From positions 40,034-104,033 of the forward strand of contig JADGBR010000005.1 in the NCBI GenBank assembly GCA_015231405.1: a stretch of 64,000 bases of DNA, written 5' to 3'. Below the pieces are notes generated by a model. That model made no database searches and was not told where the DNA came from. It worked only from the letters and a program-made list of their open reading frames with translations. The stretch is from Candidatus Omnitrophota bacterium (GTDB lineage: Bacteria; Omnitrophota; Gorgyraeia; Tantalellales; Tantalellaceae). The position numbers and the translations under genes are program-made. Shown in pieces: positions 42,782-52,500 of the stretch. Positions within the stretch are counted from its first letter, which is position 1. Each line of letters begins with the position of its first letter.

Positions 42782-43618
42782 TTAAAGCGCCTTCTCCGCC
42801 AGATCAAGCTCCTGAAGCGCGAGCGCGAGCTCGTCTTTTTTCGGTGAGATACCGTGCCACTCGACCTTGTTCTCGACGAAAGAAACGCCTTTGCCTTTAA
42901 CGGTATGGGCTATTATCATCTGCGGCTTACCTTTAACCTTTTCGGCCTCGTCAAATGCATTTGAGAGCTGAGAGAGATCGTGCCCGTCGACCTCCTGGGT
43001 AAACCACCCGAAATTATCCCATTTCTTCCTGTATTCGCCCTGGTCTTTCACTTCGCAGCAGAAACCGTCTATCTGCAGTTTGTTGAAATCAATAATGCCG
43101 CAAACGCTGTCCAGCTTGTAATGCGCGCATGTCGAGGCGGCTTCCCATACCTGGCCTTCGTTGGTCTCTCCGTCTCCCATGAGGCAGTATACCCTCGTTT
43201 TATGACCGTCCATCCTGTCCGCGAGAGCGAACCCCGCCGCGATAGAAAGACCCTGGCCCAGCGACCCGGAAGACACCTCGAGGCCCGGCAAACCGAACTG
43301 CGGATGGCCCTGAAGACGCGTACCCAGCTTCCTGAGCGTCCAGAGCTCTTCCTTTTTGAAAAAACCCAAGTCCGCGAGAACGGCGTACAATGCCGGGCAG
43401 GCATGGCCTTTGGAAAGTATGAACTTATCCCTTTCCCTGCATACGAACGTCTTGCAATCCAGGTTCATCTTCTGGTAGTAAAGAGAGATGAGTATCTCCA
43501 CAATGGATAGAGACCCTCCGGTATGACCGGAACCCGCTTTTTCAAGCATAGTGAGAATATCCCGCCTTATGTCGATGGCCTTCTTTTTGAGCTGTTTGAT
43601 ATCTTTTATCTTTTCCAC
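42782..43618 (-). CDS. transketolase, N-terminal subunit (split form; TPP-binding)
   Basis: GSGHTGGSLSIVEILISLYY...GHACPALYAVLA...GSLGQGLSIAAGFALA...GDGETNEGQVWEA. Confidence 0.85.
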   Translation of the reverse strand: MEKIKDIKQLKKKAIDIRRDILTMLEKAGSGHTGGSLSIVEILISLYYQKMNLDCKTFVCRERDKFILSKGHACPALYAVLADLGFFKKEELWTLRKLGTRLQGHPQFGLPGLEVSSGSLGQGLSIAAGFALADRMDGHKTRVYCLMGDGETNEGQVWEAASTCAHYKLDSVCGIIDFNKLQIDGFCCEVKDQGEYRKKWDNFGWFTQEVDGHDLSQLSNAFDEAEKVKGKPQMIIAHTVKGKGVSFVENKVEWHGISPKKDELALALQELDLAEKAL

Positions 43619-43701
43619 AGGTTTACATCCCTTCTGTCTTTATGTTATGGACGTTTATTCGAAACCTTTTAATTATACAACAATAACCCGCAATAAAGCG
43701 C

Positions 43702-45228
43702 CTATTTTTTTACTTTTTCTATTTTTGCCCTGACTTCGGCGTTTTTCGGGTCCGCAGCAAGCGACGCTTTCCATTTCTCAAGCGCGAGGGTGTTATCGCC
43801 CTTTGCGGAATATATATCCCCCAAATGGTCCAGGACCACGGCATCTGCCGGAAGAAGCTCTGACGCTTTCTTGACGCTCGAGAGCGCCTCGTCGACCTTC
43901 CCCATCTTGAAATAAGCCCAGCCAAGGCTGTCTATATAAGCCCCGTTATCGGGATCCAGCTCCAGCGCCTTTTTAATGAGCTGTTCCGCGCGGTCAAGGT
44001 CATTCCCGGCGAGGACATACAAATAACCAAGATAATTGAACGCGTCAGAAAGATCAGGCGAGGTCTTCACGCATTCCTCTAAGATCCGGATCGCCTCTTT
44101 CTGGTCCCCCTTGGTGTCGAAGGCCACACCAAGATAGAACTTATAAAGACCGTTCCCCGGGTCCTTATCCAGCGCCAACCGGTAATTTTTAATCGCCGCG
44201 TCAAGGGCCCCTTCGTTCATGTCCAGATGCGCCATGTTCGAATAGATTTCCGCGTTGTCGATCCCCTTTTCTACCGCCTCGGTAAGGACCTTACGGGCTT
44301 CGAGATTCGCGCCCACCGCAATGTATATACTTGACGCCCTGATATACGCTTCGGGGTCACTAGGGTCAAGGCTGATCATTTTCCGGAATTTTTCCGAGGC
44401 TTCCAGAGTATTCCCCTGGATATATTCCAGATATCCGCACCGGGCGTACGCTTCCTTGAACAAAGGATCTATGTCGGAGACCTTCGAATAAGCCCTGACG
44501 GCCTCCTTATAGTTCCCTTCCACTTCATAAACGAACCCCAGCACCATCTCGGCTTCGAGATACTCGTTGTCAAGCTTCAAAGCCTTTTCGAGATTGTTTC
44601 TGGCTTCGCCGTATTTTTCAAGCTTACTGAAGAGAACTCCCAGGTTGAAATAGATAAGCGGGTCGTTCTTCCTAACTTCGAGCATATTCTTGTACACCGC
44701 CAGGGCCTTATCGGACTCGCCGTTCTTAATATACAGATCGGCGAGAAAAGCCATGGCAGCGATATCACCCGGATCGACGGAAAGGGCCTTCTCATATTCT
44801 ATCCTAGCCCCCTCTATATCCCCTTTTTTTCTGAAAATAAGGGCCTTGAGAAGCCCGGCCTTTTTATTTCCGGGATCCAGACCGGCCGCCTTATCGAGAT
44901 GTTCCGACGCCCTGGCAAGATCATCAAGCACGAGATACCCGGCGCCGATCTTCAGATGTATAAGAGCATTGTCGCCGGAAAACCCGAGAACTTTCTCGTA
45001 TTCTGCTACGGCATCCCTCGTCTTCCCTTCGGAATCGTAATAAACGCCTTTTATATAGTGCTCTACAGAGCCTGAAAGGGCGCTGACCCCGGGATCGGAC
45101 AATATCCGTGTATCGGTATAAGTCGCCTTGAGGACGGCGGGATCATCCGCGAACGCCTCCCAGGCGAATAAAAGAACAAGCCCCGGGAAAATGACCAAAA
45201 ACCCCTTGGCCTTTCGTGAACGGAACAT
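43702..45228 (-). CDS. secreted TPR-repeat protein
   Basis: Signal peptide MMFRSRKAKGFLVIFPGLVLLFAWEAFA, then about a dozen 34-aa TPR-like repeats; ATG at 45226-45228 overlaps the upstream TGA (TGATG). Confidence 0.75.
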   Translation of the reverse strand: MFRSRKAKGFLVIFPGLVLLFAWEAFADDPAVLKATYTDTRILSDPGVSALSGSVEHYIKGVYYDSEGKTRDAVAEYEKVLGFSGDNALIHLKIGAGYLVLDDLARASEHLDKAAGLDPGNKKAGLLKALIFRKKGDIEGARIEYEKALSVDPGDIAAMAFLADLYIKNGESDKALAVYKNMLEVRKNDPLIYFNLGVLFSKLEKYGEARNNLEKALKLDNEYLEAEMVLGFVYEVEGNYKEAVRAYSKVSDIDPLFKEAYARCGYLEYIQGNTLEASEKFRKMISLDPSDPEAYIRASSIYIAVGANLEARKVLTEAVEKGIDNAEIYSNMAHLDMNEGALDAAIKNYRLALDKDPGNGLYKFYLGVAFDTKGDQKEAIRILEECVKTSPDLSDAFNYLGYLYVLAGNDLDRAEQLIKKALELDPDNGAYIDSLGWAYFKMGKVDEALSSVKKASELLPADAVVLDHLGDIYSAKGDNTLALEKWKASLAADPKNAEVRAKIEKVKK

Positions 45229-45320
45229 CACTTATTCTTCTTGTGCCGGTCTCTTCTCATTCTTTTCTTTCTCTTGTGTCTCTTGACCTTCTTGACTTTC
45301 CTTTTTCTTCCGCAGGGCAT
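45228..45320 (-). CDS. unannotated 30-aa ultra-basic peptide (MPCGRKRKVKKVKRHKRKKRMRRDRHKKNK), possibly a small ribosome-associated or nucleic-acid-binding protein
   Basis: ATG at 45318-45320, preceded by GGAGGA 7 nt upstream (caaacaGGAGGAaataaATG); 25 of 30 residues are K/R/H; its stop overlaps the TPR start (TGATG); missing from the ORF track (shorter than 60 aa). Confidence 0.45.
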   Translation of the reverse strand: MPCGRKRKVKKVKRHKRKKRMRRDRHKKNK

Positions 45321-45348
45321 TTATTTCCTCCTGTTTGATTACCAAATG

Positions 45349-45418
45349 TTAACGTGGGACGTAGGATGTGGGACGTGGGACGTGCATAGCAACTTAAAAC
45401 GTCCTACGTCCTACGGAA
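45349..45418. repeat. family B GC-rich hairpin repeat (gtaggacgtgggacg...cgtcctac), intergenic copy 3' of hisG
   Basis: ttaacgtgggacgtaggatgtgggacgtgggacgtg...acgtcctacgtcctacgg. Confidence 0.75.
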
Positions 45419-45422
45419 CCCG

Positions 45423-46301
45423 TTAATATATCACTTTATTGAGCGGATACTCGATTATCCCTTCCGCCCCCGCCGACTTAAGCGCCGGGATCAGTTTCCT
45501 CACATCTTCCTCGTCTATGATGGTCTCCACGTCGAACCATCCGCCGCCGTATAACGGGGCGACGGTCGGTTTATTGAGCGCGGGAAGCATCTTGACGATC
45601 TTTTCAATATCTTTTTCCCGCACGTTCATCTTGAGACCCACCTTATTCTCAGCCAAAATAGCTCCTTTTAGGAGCATAGCTATCCTGTCTATCTTTTCCT
45701 TTTTCCAGGGATCGCCGTACGCCCCCTTGTTAGCGATAAGACGCGTCGTGGACTGGCATATCTCATCTATTATCTTGAGGTCGTTAGCCCGGAGACTCGA
45801 ACCCGTCTCGGTTATTTCCACTATGGCGTCTATCCCCATTTTGGGTTTCACTTCGGTCGCGCCCCAGCTGAACTCGACCTCGGCTTTCACTCCTTTCGAG
45901 GCCAGATATTTTTTTGTCACGTTGACAAGCTCAGTGGCGACCCTTTTACCCTGGAGCTCTTTTACGCTGTTAATGCCCGAAGCGTTCGGAACGGCGAGCA
46001 CCCAGCGGACGGGTTTCAAACTCTGTTTGGCATACATCAGTTCCGCCACGTTCACGACTACCGAAGCGTTCTCCTCTATCCAGTCCTGCCCGGTTATACC
46101 GCAGTCTATGAGCCCGTCCTCGACATAACGCGACATCTCCTGTGCCCGGAGAAGCACCGTCTCGATCTCATCGTCGTTAATACTGGGAAAATACGACCTG
46201 GAAGATACCCGCACCTTATATCCCGCCTTCTCGAATATCCTGATAGTGGACTCCTCAAGGCTCCCCTTGGGTATACCTAATTTCAGCTTATTAACAGACA
46301 T
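45423..46301 (-). CDS. hisG: ATP phosphoribosyltransferase, long form (with C-terminal regulatory domain)
   Basis: [26 protein letters not shown]...[17 protein letters not shown]...; 292 aa fits HisG-long; no other his genes in the window. Confidence 0.85.
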   Translation of the reverse strand: MSVNKLKLGIPKGSLEESTIRIFEKAGYKVRVSSRSYFPSINDDEIETVLLRAQEMSRYVEDGLIDCGITGQDWIEENASVVVNVAELMYAKQSLKPVRWVLAVPNASGINSVKELQGKRVATELVNVTKKYLASKGVKAEVEFSWGATEVKPKMGIDAIVEITETGSSLRANDLKIIDEICQSTTRLIANKGAYGDPWKKEKIDRIAMLLKGAILAENKVGLKMNVREKDIEKIVKMLPALNKPTVAPLYGGGWFDVETIIDEEDVRKLIPALKSAGAEGIIEYPLNKVIY

Positions 46302-46445
46302 AAATACCCCTTGTTATGAGCACTTACAACGCGTCTTCAATACAGATATTAAGACGGGACAATTGTATACTATTGGGTATGGATAGTCAATAGCGACCGG
46401 CGTGGCATTTTAAACATCACCGTTTTCTTTGAACCCCGATTCCAT

Positions 46446-46500
46446 GTTAACGTAGGACGTGGGACGTGAGGACGTCCCACATCCTACGTCCTACGTTAAA
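46446..46500. repeat. family B hairpin repeat, intergenic copy immediately 3' of the giant gene stop
   Basis: gttaacgtaggacgtgggacgtgaggacgtcccacatcctacgtcctacgttaa. Confidence 0.75.
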
Positions 46501-46507
46501 TGTGATA

Positions 46508-49500
46508 CTACGCTCTAGACAGTATCTGGTGCCTGTATATCAGGTAATTCGCGTACATCTCCGTATCCAAGAGTACCGCCGGGGTGTAGAGGTCGAGCCA
46601 GGCGGCGTTCTTCCATTTTTCTCCGTCTTTCGCGGCTGAGGCCCTCATGCCTACGAGGCGGGTCAATAGATCGCCGAAACGGTATACTCCGAGGACATTG
46701 TCGTTCATCACTATGACGGGGACTTTAACCTTGTATGTGAGTTTGGCTTTCGCCCAGTTGATGCCGTTCGCGCGGATAATGCCGAGGATATTCTCGGGTT
46801 TATATTGCGCTTCTCCTCCCTTCCTCGCGGCCGAGTTCAATACCTTTATAAGCGTCTCGACCTCGGTGTTCAGGTCTTTGTACGGATCGTTGTCTATGGC
46901 GGTGAAAAGTTTCGGGTGTTCCCATTTCTTTAACGCGACTATTTCGACGCCCGGAGCGGCGCGGCCGATGATCGCGGCGAGCTTATCGGCTTCGGCTCCT
47001 TTTTCGGCATAGCGTTTTTCGTCGCGGGAGTAGAGGATGATCTTCCCGCCGGAGAGAATGTTCTTCTCTTTAACCATATCGTTTATGGAGTTTTCAAGCT
47101 CGTCAAATCGGACGGCGTTGTCGAGTATATCCTCGGCGTAAATGATGAGCGATCTCGGCGTCCCGGCTTCGAGCCCTGAGGCCAGACCGGCGAGATCCGC
47201 TTCAGCCTCTCCCTGTGTTTTACCCAAATGACCTTCCGCGTAAGAAACGAATCTCGAGGCCCTTTCGTCATACTCCGCCGCGGTCGTCTCCGCCGTTCCC
47301 GCCATGACGCGCGTCACGGCTTTTATCGTCGCCGGGGACTGTTTCTCAATTATTTTTACTATATCCCTGAACCATTCAAACCCGCCGAATACCGGCATAG
47401 CCGCGGCCATAACTTTCGCGGCGGCGTCGATGTACGCGGCCCGCCTGACGATGAGGAGCCGCGCCACTGCGTCCGCAAGCTCCTTCGTGACAACCGGCCC
47501 TTTCTCCCTGGGTTTCATGCTGTCGCGTATACCCTCACGCCTTTTCCTGAGCTCCGCGATCTTCGCGCCATTACCCGCCGAGTCCGGACCGGCGGCGATC
47601 TCTTCTATTTCTCGATCGATAGCGAGGATCTGGTTGTATTTTTCTTTCGCCGCCCGGAGGATTTCCAACTTCTTGTCGATATCCGGTGTTCCATGGGACG
47701 TGGGATATATCCCGTGGGACGTAGGACGTGGGATGTGGGACGTCCTACGTTCCACGGAACCAGGCTCGGGAAATTGCAAACTCTCCACATCGAACAAAAG
47801 CCGCGACACGCTCCCGTCGCCCTCGTTCAGCGCGAAAAGCCTGTCTCCGGAATACCAGAGATGTGACGGTCCGTCGAAACCACCAAGCCCGCGGGGGATG
47901 ATGCCGAGCACCTTACTCTCTTTGAGGTCGTAGACCGTAACCTCGTCCGTATCAAGCCCCGCTATAAACAATTTATTACCAACAACTTCCATCCCGGCCG
48001 GAGCAGCAACGGGAATACTCTCGATCTTCTTTCCGGCCGATCCTGTGAGATATATCCTTGTCACCATATCATTCTGGAGATCTGAGACAAGCAAGCTGAA
48101 GCTTTCCGCATCGAAACAGATCCTGTCGGCGTCACGGAGATCGACCGTTGTTCGTTTTATGAAACCGTTGTGCCAGGAATTATTATTATCGCTCCGAAGG
48201 CTCCCTCCTTTCAAATTCACGACAGTAATGTATGCCCCTTCAGTTATATCGCCTTTGTTGAGGACGTAAAGCCCGTCTCCTCCGATCGCGAGCCCGACCG
48301 GGTTTTTGAACCAATCCTTCCCCGCGCCTATTATCCCATTTATCCCGTTCTCACTGTAATCGGGATCGGGAGCCCAGAAGCCAGGGGCAGCGCTGAGAGA
48401 ATACCGATATACCTTTATCGTATTATCCCCTTTATCGGCAATAAAGAACCTGATATAACCGCTCCCCTGAATAATAGCCATGCCGGCGGGTTCTTTAACA
48501 TGGTTAGGCTCGGGCCAGCCGGTGGCGGTATTACTCCCGTCAAGGTAAAGTACCGTTTCATTCCCGTGGAGGGAGAACCTGGAGATCTCTATCGCTTTTT
48601 TATGATCCGACCCGTGGTCATCCGTTAACACGGCCGTGTAGTTTATATCTCCAACGGTGAAAGGCGCTACACCAAGAGCCGGCTTCCCCTCAGAAACCAC
48701 GGTATCCCTCTGATACCTGGGAACTACCCCGGAAATATTCAATTCTTCAGGTTCCGTATCTATAACCGTCCCTGAACCAGGATTAGAAACGATCACCCGG
48801 GTGCCAAAAGGCATTTCAGCCGCCCTTATGGTATGATATGCCCCGGAAGGAGGTTCCATTTTCCCAAACTTCAGCGCTTTTTCGTCCGTTTTGGACATAG
48901 TCTCATCAAAGGTGTATACCGACCCGTCGCTGTTAAGGACCATGAACCCGACCTGCCCCGGATTGACCGCCACGCTCACGGGATAGTTATTCAGCCACGG
49001 ATCGCCTTGTGATCTGGCGCTTTTCGTTATGGAGAACACTCCATTCCTGGCCAACCTGTAAATACGGTTCTCTGTCGACCCTTTTCCCGCGGAAATAACG
49101 ACCAGGAGCTCTTCGCCTTTTACCGCCATATCCACGATCCGGACTTTATCCTTCCCGACAACCTGCACATCCAATGTGTCCTTTAGCTCTTCCTTGAAAT
49201 CGGATGCCGGAACGAGCCCCATATCCGTTTTAACGATCCTATTGTCATCGCCTGAGATGAAATACAGTCTGCCCCCGTCTTCATCCGGATCATAAATTAT
49301 CCTGTCGAATTTATCGATACCTGGCACCCTCTTGATCTCATAGTCACCCTTTATAAGCTTTATCTTTCTACCTTCAACTATCTTATAGTCCGGCACGGGA
49401 TTATCGTTAAAATAGAATTTGCGGACCAGACCGTCATCCCCGGCGACATACAAGCGCCCGCCATTGTCCATAACTACACCGCGGGGAGAGACGATCCTCT

Positions 49501-52500
49501 TGCCGTCCTCACTTAAGATCACGAACGACCCGTTGTCGCCCATATCGGGGATCAGGTTCCAGTCCCTGCTGTACACCTGTATCTCTTTAGCCTCGCGGTT
49601 CACGACCCAGATGCGGCCTTCGTTGTCGATGGTCATGTCGGAGGGATCGGGTAATCTTGGTAACGTAGGACGTGGGACGTGGGACGTGGGACGTCCTACG
49701 GAACTTAGCGATTTAAGCTGGTCAATGTCGGTGATGTCGAAGAGGGATCTTGAGATGGTACCGTCGGCGGTGTTGCCGGCGAGGAGACGGTTATCGGAGA
49801 GGTCCAGGAATTGGAGGCCGCTAAAACCGCCGGCCGAGGCGGGGATGACGGCGAGGATCTCGCCGCTTAATATATCGATCACGTGAACACTGTCCGATCC
49901 CGTGCTCGCCGCGTACAGCGCCTTATTCTTAACGAAAATATCGTAAGGCTTATCTACGGGATAATGCGTGATCCTTTGGCTCATTTCCACGCCTTCAACA
50001 AGGGATATACGGGTCACTACGTTCTTCGACCGGCTGGAGACGAAAATGCTGTGGCTCTCAGAATCATAGAAAAGCCTGTCCGGATCTTCCATAGCGCCGG
50101 GTATGTCGGTCAACTCAATATGCCCTTTATGCCAGCATCCGGCCGCATCCGCCCAGGTACTCCCGAAATAGTCGATGGCCGATATGAACGGCCGGCCGCC
50201 GGGGTTCTTGTTCAGGAGATACCATCCGGAATTAGTGGTTACCCGGCCATGAACGATGTCGGTTACACCGGCCACTAGTCGATTCCCTCCGGTAATAATA
50301 CCGTTTTTATTCCCGAACCGATCATCCGGCATGAGCACCCCGGAATTCACAACCCACTTGAACACTTTTACCGTATCATCGGCTTTATCGGTTATTAAAA
50401 AAAGATGCAGACCCTGGTCGTTGTCGTAAATAATATCCATACCACCCGGGATACCTACACTATTGAGCGACAATTTAGTCGGTTCAGGCCCTTTCCCGTT
50501 TTCGGGATATAACTCTACCCTACATCCCTCATCCCCGGATCTTTCCTTTAAACACGCCACCCAACGCACAGCACCCGGCGTATCGTTGAATTTCAACCGT
50601 TTCATATCTACCATATCGCCGGTTATGCCTTTGACCGTTTTCCTGTATTTAGGCAGAATTCCAGTTACGCCCGGTACCCCCAGGACTGAACCTATCACCG
50701 CGCCCGGGTCCGAATGAGAGACGACGACCCTCTGTGGTCCGGAGGTCGTATCCAAGAACCTTATGGAACGGGTGCCCTCGAACGTGTCGGACTGGGCGGA
50801 ATAGCCGGGGTCCACGGCGCTGTAATCGTCAGGAACAGTGCTCTTATGGGCCATATCTTTATCGAGGATAAAGACTGACCCGTCCGAATTAAGCACGGCT
50901 AAAAATGCCCCGTTTGGATCGGGAGTTACGCTTAACGGATAGCAATTTGAATTCCACAGGGGATCAGAAAATGTTATCAGCCGCCCGTCTTTCGTCATCT
51001 TACAGAGCATGTTCCTGACCCCGGGCGTCACCCCAGCAACAAGCGCGTACAGGCTGTCACCCATTACGGCCATATCCGCTACTTTAACCCTGCGATCGGG
51101 GCCTGTGCCGTAGAAACGCGCGATGATATCGGTTATGTCATTCAAAAATCCGCCATCGACGGTCATGGCCAAATTTGTCTTCACTATCTTATTGCTGCCG
51201 TTATCGATAAAATATAACTTTCCTCCGTCCTCGTCCGGGTCATAGATGATCCTGTCGGCTTTGGTGATGCCCGGGATCGCGACCCCTTCTATCCAACCCC
51301 TGAATACCCTTACATCTTTTCCGTCAATATTCATTTTTTTAGGTGTTTTGGGATCGGGATCAGTGTGGAGACTGAATTTTTGGACCTTCCCGTCGCTTAC
51401 GGAAACATACAAATACTCTTCGCCGCCGTCTATCACTACGGCGAGGCTGTGCGGTTTAAGGATATGCCTTATCCCCTGGCCGGTCGAGAAGACCACAATC
51501 GTCCCGTCATTGGCGAAACCTTTCGTAGGTTCCCAGTTGCTGTCATAGACATTGATCTCCCATGTATCGTTATTGATGACCCAGATGCGGCCTTTCGAGT
51601 CGACGGTCATGTCGCCGGGGTTCGGCTTTCCGTTGGACGTGGGACGTGGGATGTGGGACGTCCTACGTCCTACGTCCAACGTCCCACGGGACATCGCCGG
51701 CCACTTGATCACCGGCGTTTCAGGCTCATTCTTACAGAAGACACAAAGGCTGCCGTCGCCCGATATGTCCATAGTCACGGGATCGATGAATCCGTCGTCG
51801 GTAATTATGCCGTTCTTACCGAAACGCGTATCGATCCTGCCGAACCTGTCCAGGGCCATAACGCGGTTATCCTGCTTATCCCACAAAAAGATATGGCCCG
51901 TCAGGCGGTTTATCCTTAGGAGTTCGACCTTTCCGAAAGTATCGATCCCGGCATAACGCGCGTCGGCGTGGCCTATACCGTTAAAACCGAAATCCTTATT
52001 CAAGAGGCCGAATTCGTTGAGCGAAAGGACCATCCTGGACTCGCCTGTCTGGTCAAGCCGCCCGAACAGGTAGAAATTGCCGTCAGAATCGACGTCGAAA
52101 GAAGAGACAGCGACGAACCTCGCGCCGAAATGATCCTCGAGATATTTCTTTTCCGCCATGCGTTTTATGAAAGTGCCGTCGGGCGAGAATTTTGATATCA
52201 TGCATGGGTCGGTGTTCTCGGAACGTCTTGTATCGAGTATATAGATGAACCCCTTATCATCCACGGCAAGCGCGTCCGGGCCCTTTATCTCGGGCGAACC
52301 CGGCGCGTCCTTCAAAGGGATCTTATTTAATTTCCCGTTAAGCCCGATCAATATGAGGGCGCCACCCGCATCCAGGACCGCGAGCCCCTTGCCGTCTGGC
52401 AATACCCTTATATCATTAACGCCGAAAATACTTATCGCGCTGAAGTTAAACTCGCTGTCATGGTTAAAAGCCATATTCGGCTCACCGTTGGGCTTTGTAC

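Noticed and set aside
46446-46500. Family B hairpin as a canonical Rho-independent terminator
   Set aside because: Stable GC stem but no downstream U-tract on the transcribed strand; it may still pause or terminate, but it is not a textbook intrinsic terminator.
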